Assembly: GCF_001194135.2 (NCBI RefSeq)
Contig: NC_068982.1
Location: forward strand, 34,638,099 to 34,684,578
From: Octopus bimaculoides
Taxonomy: Eukaryota
Reading direction: 5' to 3'
Length of the DNA stretch: 46,480 nucleotides
How positions within the stretch are numbered: position 1 is the first letter of the stretch; every line of letters begins with the position of its first letter. The notes below the pieces were generated by a model. It worked only from the letters and a program-made list of their open reading frames with translations, searched no databases and was not told the DNA's origin. A program made the position numbers and the translations under genes. Positions 10,706-21,348 of the stretch are shown here, piece after piece.

Positions 10706-11847
10706 GAAAACCTGCTTTTTTTCTGTCGAGGGCTTATATGCCCTATTCGCGGTAATCGCTTATAAGCTTTAAGCTTATAAAATATATTATAGACATGTAT
10801 ATACATATTCATATATATATGTATATGTATGTATGTTTATGTTTACCTGTGCGTATATGTGTATACAAATGTATTTTTTTATATACATACGTATTGTACA
10901 CATATTTATTTTGTGTACATATATATCTATATTATAATGATTGAAGAAGTGTGGGACTGTGTACAGTTTATTTTTTTTCTTCCTACATTATTAAAAAATG
11001 TCATATTACTTTGAAGACATTATGAATGAATATCAAAGAATTTTGAAACTAGAAAGTATATTTGTATATCAAGCATAAATTATAATGCTTAATATTACTC
11101 GATTCGCTTCTGTTTTAAATGTCAACTTCCGTTTGAATTCCGTGTGTAAACAAATAGCTTTTCTTCGCGTTCGTGAAAAATGTAATAAAGCGAAAAAAAA
11201 CAACAGCAACAAAACAAGCGATTAAATTATTTTTAAAAGTGTTACGTAGTGCAAAAACAATAATGCCAATCTAATAGAATTAAGTTTTCAAATTGTGTTA
11301 GACTGCAGTCATGCTGGGGTACCACCTTGAAATTATTTAGTCAATAATATCATCTCTCAACACATTTTTCGCACATTATCAAGAACGCCAAGGAAAGAAA
11401 ATATAAAAATATTAACCGAGGTAAATGAAAAGGGTCCATTTGCTGACAGTTGTGTCTGTAAAAAAATTCTACAGTGATGTGTGACATTCATTTCTCTCTT
11501 TTAACTGAAATATATTTAAGTTTCTTTTTAATTGCTAGGAAAGGGACACTAGAAACACTTAAGACGTCTATAAGTGAATATAATGAAACAACAATATAGC
11601 AAAACTCAAACTCTTCATATTGGTAAATGTAATTCATTAATTCCAACCAGAGCATTTATTTTCAAATTCACTCAAGTGAAGATTAATGAGCATTTTCCCT
11701 TGACAGTCTCATCTCTTTCCCAATTTTCATCATGGTCTTTTTTAAATGTATCATGGATTATTTTACTGATTACAGGATAAACTATAACGGAGGCTTTGTT
11801 CAATTCATGAGCATATTGTCAATTTATTCTATAATTTATGTATCATA

Positions 11848-11939
11848 TCTATATGTATATATATATATATATATATATTATCAATATGCGCAACACATAA
11901 GCCAGCAGAAAACCGCCTAGAGGGCGGTTTTTCTTCTAG
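11848..11939 (+). mobile_element. Putative miniature non-autonomous Helitron
   Basis: Starts A|TCTATAT(AT)n. Ends with the 9-bp hairpin aaaaccgcc-tagag-ggcggtttt (11909-11931) followed by CTAG|T, the canonical Helitron termini. Confidence 0.45.
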
Positions 11940-12037
11940 TATATCTAATTACACGAGCGTGTCTATGTGTTTGCGCGCTCTCCTGTTCGCTTCTTTGAGG
12001 TAACTACTAGTACAGGTATACTTATATTAGCATCAAG

Positions 12038-12083
<46 letters not shown>

Positions 12084-12923
12084 TAATGTGTGTGTGTATA
12101 GATGTCTATATATATGTGTGTGTGTATATATCAAGAATACTTGATGTTAATATAAGTATACGTGTACTAATAGTTACCTCAAAGAAGCGACCGTACGTAT
12201 ACAGAAGCGCGCGCACACACATAGACATTCTCGCGTAATTATATGCTAACACACATTAAACGTCTCCTATACACATTTTATCTTTCTCTAAATTCTAGCA
12301 GAGGAAAGTTTCTTTAGCTTACTGCCGATTCTGACAAGTACAGTATTAACTTTCAAGAACGGCATAACACCTTTTGTTCATTGATAATCTAAGTTGCCAA
12401 TGTGTTTTATTGCAGGTTAAAATCAATGCGATAACATTACAAAAGAGTTCAAGCAGAAACCGTTATCAATATTTTTCAGCCTTGTTCTTCGAAGAAATTT
12501 TATTATTAAAACTCGACTCAACAACTGAATACCACTTGGCTGATATCGCGATATGTACTATTGACTAAGAATTTTTTTTTCTTTTTTCTTTTTTGTACAT
12601 TCCGAGACTGGATGGAAAACACAATTCTAGCTTTATCAGTACAATACCAAATTTAACATCAAGAAACTAACTTTATAATCAATATACCACTTATAAGAAC
12701 ATTGTAATTTCGATAATAATTTTTGAAATAGCATTCTATGTTTAGAAATGGAGTTTAAGTACCCTTAAAATGTAGTCTTTCAATGAATTCCCTTAAAATC
12801 ATCACACACACACACACACACGCACGCTCGTTAGCATAATACGTTCCCTACATGTGTGTGGGTGCGCGTGTGTATGCATATGGATCTCTGTGTATGTTAA
12901 ACATATATGTGTGAATGCCTACA

Positions 12924-13966
12924 TTTACCTTTGCCTTAGCGAAGGCGGAAGTATTGTTTTCAGTCGTGTTTGTTTGCTTGTTTGTTTATTCGTGGACAAG
13001 ATATCTCAAGAACTGTTGGATGGATTCGGATGAAACTTTCAGGGATATTTGGCCTCGTGACTGGAACGAACTGATTCGATTTTGGGATGGAACGAACTGA
13101 TTCGATTTTGGGATCGATCCGGTACCGGACAAGGCTTCTAGATTATTCGTTATATTTACTTTAATTTACAATCTTACATCCGTTCAAGTCTTTCTCTGGT
13201 TATCTCCCTTGAAAGTACGCTCATAGTTTCCACGTAAGCTATGGTGGCGTTGCTGTTTCCAAAGTTTTATTTTCGTTTCTCCATTATTAATTTTACTCGC
13301 GTCTCTATCTCAATAAAAACTGACGGAGAAAGAAATCAAAATACATAAACAAACGGCAGCGAAACCGTTCAGAAAATAAAATAACACTAACATACATATT
13401 CAGAAACAATAATAAATTTAATTTATCCTCGACAATTCTTAGTTTTACCAAATTTGAATATATCGCTCCTGCTTAAAACCTCTTACCTACATTTCTAGCT
13501 CTGCCTTGAAGGAAGCAATAATGTTGTTAAACCTCCGTTAACAGCACCGTATGCAGATCGTTTCAGTTTTCTTTCAAGCACGGATAAATTTTTCACTATA
13601 AACCTTAATGGTCGTAAAGACACTATATCAGTGGATAGACTAAAAAAGGCCTTCATAGGAAAAACTGTCCCTGTTCCCACTGCAGGCGACACACACAGCA
13701 TTACAACCATGGCCTGCACACTCACCTTCACATTCCATGGCTACCATTGGAATCGATCAGGTACCAGACAAGGATGCTGGATTATTTTTCCGTTTTTTTT
13801 TTTACTCAATTTTTGAGAGCGGTCGGGTTCATTTTTAGTATTTTCGTTTGTGAGAGCAGTTGAGTTTATTTCAGATATTCTCATTTTAAAAATCATCCCC
13901 GGCTAATAGTTGAGAGGACTTTGGTGTTGCCTTGGTGGATGTTTGCGCTGTCTGAGTGTTCTTGTT
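12924..13966 (+). mobile_element. Helentron-associated non-autonomous element (HINE/DINE-1-like) with internal cargo
   Basis: 5' ttacc + hairpin gcctt-agcg-aaggc, (GTTT)n core, ggatcgatccgg block and 3' gccttggtggatgtttgcgctgtctgagtg end. There is a 26-bp tandem duplication at 13062-13113. The block gatc(c/a)ggtacc(g/a)gacaagg is repeated at ~13112 and ~13750. Confidence 0.65.
13505..13665 (+). pseudogene. Ty3/Gypsy integrase C-terminal (GPY/F module) fragment
   Basis: Frame 2 reads VKPPLTAPYADRFSFLSSTDKFFTINLNGRKDTISVDRLKKAF, matching the PPL.PPY.GP(F/Y)..L...K.F.I...G..DTVS.DRLKPA consensus. Confidence 0.85.
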
Positions 13967-14277
13967 ATATATACTTTCAAATGCATTCACACACGCACAT
14001 GTGTATGCATGTATGTATGTATGTATGTATGTATGTATGTATGTTCGTATGTGTGTATGTGTATGTATTCATGTATGTATGCATGCATGCATGCATGTAT
14101 GTATGTATAACAAAAATACGTATAGAGAAAATCACATCCTGTAGAATCCACCTTATAAAGCCGACAATTGTTTCTATTGTAGCAACAAATTTAGATATAG
14201 AAAATACTGAAATTGATATTTCCCAAAATACATGTTAGCACGTTTTCAAGGCGATCCAAAATTGGGTTATATATATG

Positions 14278-14310
<33 letters not shown>

Positions 14311-14559
14311 NNNNNNNNNNNNNNNNNNNNNNNNNNNNNNNNNNNNNNNNNNNNNNNNNNNNNNNNNNNNNNNNNNNNNNNNNNNNNNNNNNNNNNNNNN
14401 NNNNNNNNNNNNNNNNNNNNNNNNNNNNNNNNNNNNNNNNNNNNNNNNNNNNNNNNNTATACAATCCAATAATAGTATTCCACATATACAAAAAACAGCC
14501 AGTGATTTTAAATTCTCAAACGGAGGATGTTGCCAATAATATAGCCTGAACAGGATAAG

Positions 14560-14928
14560 CTACCTCTGTTTTGCAGAAAAAAGTGTAGGCGGCCATAAAT
14601 AAAAGTAGATAAGGGATTTTACATACAGTGGACAAGAAGCCTCTTTGCCCCTTCTACACAGCACATTCCTAATATCCAACTCTAATATCCAACATATATT
14701 TTTATTCTCATATTTCCCTTTATACTTCCTGTTACTCTCCCTTTCCAAAATAACTTCTTATATAATGAACTCTACTTGTACTGAAACACTCTCATATCGT
14801 CTCTGATGATGGGATATCTTTTATATCCCTGAAACAGCTGTAAGACTACCTTTCTCTTTATAAATGTCCTAGAAATATCACACTGCCTTGGCCTTGTTAT
14901 CTAATTTTATTTAACATATACCAAAACG

Positions 14929-14930
<2 letters not shown>
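14560..14930 (+). mobile_element. Penelope-like element terminal repeat (pLTR) remnant
   Basis: Pyrimidine-rich tract leading into a minimal hammerhead motif and ending in (AT)n. The assignment rests mainly on the ribozyme motif. Confidence 0.5.
14799..14846 (+). ncRNA. Minimal type I hammerhead ribozyme motif
   Basis: gtct CTGATGA t gggatat-ctttt-atatccc t GAAAC agct GTA agac. Stem I is 4 bp, stem II is 7 bp, and helix III is palindromic (ACAGCTGT). Predicted cleavage after 14842. Confidence 0.75.
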
Positions 14931-14971
<41 letters not shown>

Positions 14972-14989
14972 TGAATTTATGTATGGTTT

Positions 14990-15205
14990 CAAACTTTTGT
15001 ACAAGGCCAGTAATTTTAAGGGAGAGAGTTAGTTAGCTGATACCATCGACTCCAGTACTTGACTGTTTGACTGATGTTTATTGTATTGACCCCGAAAGAA
15101 TGAAGGGCAAAGTTGACCTCGGCAGGATTTGAAGTGAGAATGTAAAGAAATACTGCTATGCATTTTGCCCATCGTGCTAACGGTTCTTCTCTCAGCCCAC
15201 TGCCT
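14990..15205 (-). mobile_element. SINE family A
   Basis: Reverse complement of the family A core (gaccccgaaagaatgaagggcaaagttgacctcggcaggatttgaa). Confidence 0.8.
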
Positions 15206-15336
15206 TAAACAGCCGAAATATTGAAGAATTATGGAAATAGTTCTTCATAGAATTAAAATATTCCTTCATAGAATCAAAACAACCTAGTGAACAACAAGCT
15301 TATCACATCTTTGATTTTTATTCGTCTATTGTGAAA

Positions 15337-15650
15337 GTGCGTGACCAAGTGGTTAGAGTGTTGCACTCACGATCGTAGGATCGTGGTTTCGATTCTCGGC
15401 TTGGGAGGTATGTTGTGTTCTTGAGCAAAACATTTCATTTCGCGTTACTCCAGGTTACTCAGCTGAGTAAACTGAGTTACTGAGACGGACTGTCGTCCTG
15501 TCCAGAGGGAATTTCGTTATCTCGATTACTTATAGGCCTTCTCGCCTAGCCAGCAGAGTGATATCATTTAAAAGCAACAACAATGCAATGAAGCGCACTG
15601 TGACCAGTGGTGTATAACAATATCTGATAGCCTTTGTGATACAGTGATTA
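15337..15650 (+). mobile_element. tRNA-derived SINE family C with conserved central domain
   Basis: tRNA head (gaccaagtggttag A box; gtttcgattc B box), then ttgagcaaaacatttcatttcgcgttactccag..actcagctg. Paralogues at 19890-20140 (-) and 36712-36925 (+). Confidence 0.8.
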
Positions 15651-15704
15651 TTTGTGTATTATTAATGTTAATTCTCTAAACGAGGTATTAACAGTAACTG
15701 CACG

Positions 15705-15819
15705 ATAAAGTGAAGTATATTGCCACTTAAATGTGGCTGACCCCTACTGGGCTAAAAGCAACAGTAACATCCACCCCTAGGGGTCAGCCACATTTAAGTG
15801 GCAATATACTTCACTTTAT
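15705..15819. repeat. Perfect inverted repeat with 42-bp arms and a 31-nt spacer
   Basis: 15705-15746 (ataaagtgaagtatattgccacttaaatgtggctgaccccta) is the exact reverse complement of 15778-15819. Confidence 0.95.
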
Positions 15820-16162
15820 TGTGTATTATTGTTGGCTACGAAAATGGTCGGAGGACGAATTAATAGAGCGTCGAGAAATAGTTTTACTCCTATTAATTAC
15901 GTCGTTCATTCATGTTTTTTGGTTCAAACACCAGTACTTAAAAGTTGCTTTTCGGATTTTCAACATTAACAAAAAAGCTCCCACAGATATTTTTGGTTTT
16001 GTGACATTTTTAGAAATCGATTTTGCTGGAAATCTACGCTGAATCGTTACTATTTATATTCACTGAATAGCGTTTGAATACACAGACCATCTTAGGAGTT
16101 ACTCTGAAGTGTTGATTCACCTGCAGATTGCCTTTGGAATGTAAAAATGTTCCTGCTTCTCT

Positions 16163-16328
16163 TGTATGTATGTATGTATGTATGTATGTATGTATGTATG
16201 TATGTATGTATGTATGTATGTATGTATGCATGCATGCATGTATGTATGTATGTATGTATGTACGTACGTACGTACGTATGTATGCATGTATGTGTGTATG
16301 TATGTATGTATGCATGTATGCATGTATG
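16163..16328. repeat. (ATGT)n tetranucleotide microsatellite with variants
   Basis: Seen directly. The same motif occurs at 14005-14105, 22505-22545 and 44030-44080. Confidence 0.95.
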
Positions 16329-17609
16329 TCATTATTCAGTTTTATTTCAGGATTTTTTGCTAATAATGAAAGAGCCGGTTTCTAACCTAGATCCAAAGCT
16401 TCTGCATTGATATTTCAACATCAACCGGGTATTTATATATATATATGTTTATGTGCAGATTTGTATGCTTTGTTTTATGTATGCAGTTCCATGCATAAAT
16501 TTGCATGTCTAAACATGATTATATGCATCTTATGTNNNNNNNNNNNNNNNNNNNNNNNNNNNNNNNNNNNNNNNNNNNNNNNNNNNNNNNNNNNNNNNNN
16601 NNNNNNNNNNNNNNNNNNNNNNNNNNNNNNNNNNNNNNNNNNNNNNNNNNNNNNNNNNNNNNNNNNNNNNNNNNNNNNNNNNNNNNNNNNNNNNNNNNNN
16701 NNNNNNNNNNNNNNNNNNNNNNNNNNNNNNNNNNNNNNNNNNNNNNNNNNNNNNNNNNNNNNNNNNNNNNNNNNNNNNNNNNNNNNNNNNNNNNNNNNNN
16801 NNNNNNNNNNNNNNNNNNNNNNNNNNNNNNNNNNNNNNNNNNNNNNNNNNNNNNNNNNNNNNNNNNNNNNNNNNNNNNNNNNNNNNNNNNNTATATATAT
16901 ATATATATATATATATGATGTATACATATCTATGATATGGATATACACACACACGTACGCGTGCGCATATGCATGTGCATATGTGTGAATACACGCACAC
17001 AAATGTATATTTGTATGCATGTGTATAAATACATGTTTACGCATATATGTGTGTGTATGGATCGGCTCAACATAGGAATGGACATGTTTAACAGGTTACA
17101 GACATGGAGAGCGGAAAAGAACGTGACAAATTGGAAGATGATACCTCTTCATATATTAAATGTTATATACACATAAATTTGCTTGCAAAAATATACAACT
17201 TTTCATGGACAAGCACGCACACACACACATACACACGCTCATGCACGCACACTCACACACAATGCACATGCACACACGCATAGGCTCGCATGCACAAACA
17301 CATACACGTATACACGCGTATGTGATGATTTCAAGTGTATATACACGTACCTAAAATATATAACGCATAAATTATGTATGTCTATGCCTCAGTGTGAGTG
17401 AAAAAGAGAGAGAAAGAGAAAAAAGAAAGGAAAGTGAAAGAGAACGAAAGAGGGGACAGTGTATTTTTGAGTGTGTGTGAGCGTACGTGCAATTCTAGGG
17501 GGTTTGTAAGAGTGTTTGCGCATAAATTCATGCCGATTCACCCCACTCCACATACATTTATAAATGTATAAACCCTAAACTGTATATCATCTGTATAGAG
17601 ACGTGTGTT

Positions 17610-17680
<71 letters not shown>

Positions 17681-17970
17681 NNNNNNNNNNNNNNNNNNNN
17701 NNNNNNNNNNNNNNNNNNNNNNNNNNNNNNNNNNNNNNNNNNNNNNNNNNNNNNNNNNNNNNNNNNNNNNNNNNNNNNNNNNNNNNNNNNNNNNNNNNNN
17801 NNNNNNNNNNNNNNNNNNNNNNNNNNNNNNNNNNNNNNNNNNNNNNNNNNNNNNNNNNNNNNNNNNNNNNNNNNNNNNNNNNNNNNNNNNNNNNNNNNNN
17901 NNNNNNNNNNNNNNNNNNNNNNNNNNNNNNNNNNNNNNNNNNNNNNNNNNNNNNNNNNNNNNNNNNNNNN

Positions 17971-18004
<34 letters not shown>

Positions 18005-18554
18005 CATACATACATATGATATATATATATACATAAATATATATACACATATATTCATACATTCATATTTATGTATATATATGTATATAAGTATATGTAT
18101 AAATATATGTATATATATATATAAATATATGTATATGTATATATATATATATANNNNNNNNNNTATATATATATATATATATGTGTGTATGTGTGTGTGT
18201 GTGTGTATATATATCTATATGCATATTAGCATATATATACATGTATAAGTATATATGGATTGTATATACATACATATACATATATGGATATATATATATG
18301 TATATATATATATACACACATATAATATATATCAAATGTTTACTAATATACATACATGACTATATACATGTGTATTCAAAGCCCCACATATAGACATGTA
18401 TATATTGTTTATCTACGTCATCTCTTTTTTTGTGGGGGTATTTTAATGCCTCAGTTATTGGCGAAACGCCTTTAAATGCGTAACAGCTGGTAGCTTGTTG
18501 AAAAATCTACTCAATAGCGTAACTTTTTCTTTCGATGCATGTTTATTCACGTGT

Positions 18555-18567
18555 CCACCAGAGGGCA
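18555..18567 (+). promoter_or_regulatory. CTCF-like motif CCACCAGAGGGCA
   Basis: Matches the CCRSYAGRKGGCR core consensus and lies in a CpG-rich non-repetitive island (18420-18780). A single motif match only. Confidence 0.35.
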
Positions 18568-18710
18568 TTCTAGGTTGAGGCCTAAAAATGGAGGCTTTTT
18601 CAACGAATGTACGAATACGTCGTCGTTGTTGGACCAGTAAAGACGGAGCCTTTCAAAAACGTTTCTTTTCGTTGGAGCTAATCTTATCCATATTCCTGTA
18701 TCTAACTCAC

Positions 18711-18719
18711 GTCTTATGC
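18711..18719 (-). CDS. Candidate 9-nt microexon GCATAAGAC
   Basis: Minus strand: ttttctttttattctttatgttacgttttacttctAG|GCATAAGAC|GTGAGTT. It is frame-preserving and open in phases 1 and 2. Confidence 0.4.
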
Positions 18720-18787
18720 CTAGAAGTAAAACGTAACATAAAGAATAAAAAGAAAAGCATTTCTTGATGTCTGCATGTTGCTATATG

Positions 18788-18821
<34 letters not shown>

Positions 18822-19889
18822 TGTGAATTAGACTTGTGGACTTGTGTTTACGTTTGTATACATAGATTTATTCACACATGTACCACGTACACACATATAC
18901 ACTCGCAAAAACACGCACACTCACTCACTGACGCACATATATATATATATATATACTTATATATATANNNNNNNNNNNNNNNNNNNNNNNNNNNNNNNNN
19001 NNNNNNNNNNNNNNNNNNNNNNNNNNNNNNNNNNNNNNNNNNNNNNNNNNNNNNNNNNNNNNNNNNNNNNNNNNNNNNNNNNNNNNNNNNNNNNNNNNNN
19101 NNNNNNNNNNNNNNNNNNNNNNNNNNNNNNNNNNNNNNNNNNNNNNNNNNNNNNNNNNNNNNNNNNNNNNNNNNNNNNNNNNNNNNNNNNNNNNNNNNNN
19201 NNNNNNNNNNNNNNNNNNNNNNNNNNNNNNNNNNNNNNNNNNNNNNNNNNNATATATGCCCTAACTCTTCGAAACGCCTGTGTTAGAATGGGGGTAGCTG
19301 ATGAAGGAGATGTTCTCGATGTGACCTGTGTGTTTTCTGTACTCATTTATCATTTTGTCTACGCTTTGTTTGCAATGTCCTGTACTCAGATATGCATCTA
19401 TATATACAGGTAGATGTACGTATATATGCATATACTCATTTATTATTTGTATTATATATATATATATATATATATATAAATGCAAGTGCCTGTGCGAGTA
19501 TCAATGTGTGTGAATATATATATGTATTTATGAATGTATGTATGTATATTCTATTGGCTGAGAAATGTATAATGAATTAGGGCCTAGAATTTCGTGACGA
19601 GGTAATTATCAAAGAAATATCTGAAGTGTATCTGCACGAAACTTTCTTTTCTTGTTTGTGGTAACTCCCTTACTTATAAAACTATAAATACACACGTACA
19701 TACATTTACACGCACGCACACACACATCCAAAATTATGTATGCCAAACTAGGTATGATTAAATATATACAGGTGTGTATGCATGTAATTATGCACGTGTT
19801 TATGTATATATACATATCTATTCATATAACACACGCACGCATGCCACACAAATGCATTATACTTTATGTACGTATACATAAAAAAAAAC

Positions 19890-20140
19890 TGGTACTCCGT
19901 CAGTTACAACGATGAGTGTTCCAGTTGAACCGATCAACGGAACAGCCTGATCGTGAAATTAACGTGCAAATTTCTGAGCACTCCACAGACATGCATGCCG
20001 TCAACGTAGTTCTCGGGGAGATTCAGCGTGACACAGAATGTGACAAAGTTGGCCCCTTGGATTACAGGTACAATTCATTTTTGCCAGCTGAGTGGACTGG
20101 AGCAACGTGAAATAAAGTGTCTTGCTCAAGGATATAACTG
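19890..20140 (-). mobile_element. SINE family C body
   Basis: tttttgccagctgagtggactggagcaacgtgaaataaagtgtcttgctcaag is the reverse complement of the central domain at 36785-36830. Confidence 0.8.
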
Positions 20141-20154
20141 CTGTTGAAAATCAA

Positions 20155-20560
20155 AGAATTTTCACTCGACTGAATCAACCTCAGTACTTATTTTGTTTTT
20201 AAGCCTTGTACTTTTTCTATCGGCATCTTTTCCCGAATCGCTAAGTTATGAGGACGTAAACACACCAAGACCGGTTGTCAAGTGGTGATAGGAGACAAAC
20301 ACAAAATCATTCACCTACGTGCGCGCGCACACAGAGATACACACAGAGACACATACACACACACGCACACACACATATACACACACGACAGGCTTCTTTC
20401 AGTTTCCATTGACCAGATCCACTCACAAGGCTTTGGTCAGCCTGGGGTTATAACAGAAGGCACTTGCCCAAGGTACCACGCAATGAGATTGAATCTGGAA
20501 CCATGTTGTTGGGAAACAAGTTTCTTATCACACAACCACGCCTGCGCCTACATATCTAAA
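20155..20560 (-). mobile_element. SINE family B, near full length
   Basis: Same block order as 1940-2420. Confidence 0.8.
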
Positions 20561-20579
20561 AATTCTTTCTACTACAGGC

Positions 20580-20775
20580 ATAAAACCTGAAATTTGGTGA
20601 GAAATGGACTTAGTCGATTACATTCACCCCAGTACTTCAATGATAGTTTACTTTATCGATCCCGATAGGATAAAAGGCAAATTCGACCACGGCGAAATTT
20701 TAACTCAGACCTAAAGACGGAGGACATGCTTCTGAGCATTTTGCCCTACGTGCTAAGGACTCTGTTAGCAGTTGC
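20580..20775 (-). mobile_element. SINE family A
   Basis: tagtcgattacattcaccccagtact..tttatcgatcccga..aaggcaaattcgacc. A near-identical fragment recurs at 21151-21201. Confidence 0.75.
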
Positions 20776-20783
20776 CATACATA

Positions 20784-21009
20784 CAGTAATCCTTCGACTA
20801 TCGCGGGTGTTATGTTCCAAAACCCACCGCGATAAATGAAAATCAGCGAAGTAGAAACAGTACTGTACTGTATATATATACTTTTTATTATTTCTATAAT
20901 TTCTATATATTTATTTTATTATAAATGCAAAACAACACCACAGTTGAATCGACGCAAGCTTAAATAATAAACCGTGATAGGTGAACCGTAATATGGCGAG
21001 GGATGACTA
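20784..21009. mobile_element. pogo/Tigger-like MITE
   Basis: TA|CAGTAATCCTTCGACTATCGCGG at the left end and a degenerate inverted ..ggcgagggatgacta at the right. The interior is AT-rich with ccgcgata-type repeats. Confidence 0.7.
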
Positions 21010-21047
21010 TTTTTAAATGTATGTACGGTAAAAATCTACTCGCCTCT

Positions 21048-21068
21048 TTAACGCTTCTGCAAGTCGAC

Positions 21069-21128
<60 letters not shown>

Positions 21129-21150
21129 GGCCGACTTGCAGAGGCGTTAA
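21048..21150. mobile_element. TTAA-flanked MITE whose core is a (CA)n microsatellite
   Basis: TTAA at 21048-51 and 21147-50. The 19-bp TIRs cgcttctgcaagtcgacct / aggccgacttgcagaggcg differ at two positions and enclose pure (AC)n. Confidence 0.7.
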
Positions 21151-21293
21151 GGATAAAGGCAAATTCGACTTCGGCGAAATTTTAGTTCAGACCTGAAGAC
21201 GGAACCATTTTCGGAATCAGTCAATGTTTCCTATGGTGTCTTCCTTAAGACTGACAAGGTGAATTAGGCCCTTTAACCCTCGGCGATGTAGTA

Positions 21294-21348
21294 ATGGGTC
21301 ACTGATGAAGATTAATCAAATCTGAAATCATCAATGATATGACTCCAT
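21294..21348 (+). ncRNA. Type I hammerhead ribozyme motif with complete stems
   Basis: atgg-gtca CTGATGA agatt-aatca-aatct GAA a-tca-tcaa-tga-T A tgac-t-ccat. Stem I is 8 bp with a bulge, stem II is 5 bp, stem III is 4 bp with a tetraloop, and the triplet is AUA. Predicted cleavage after 21339. Confidence 0.8.

Noticed and set aside
12374-12568. 64-aa ORF following a good acceptor at 12416
   Set aside because: No convincing donor and no homology; it may be UTR or chance.
15337-15410. tRNA genes at SINE heads (also 36712-36760 and family B heads)
   Set aside because: They continue directly into SINE bodies and lack a full cloverleaf.
19265-19310. Type II-permuted hammerhead-like arrangement ctctt-c-GAAAC-gcct-GTG..tag-CTGATGA-aggag
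   Set aside because: The cleavage triplet would be GUG (non-cleavable), stem I is at most 3 bp, and stem II needs a bulge. At best it is a decayed relic, and its 5' context is lost in a gap.
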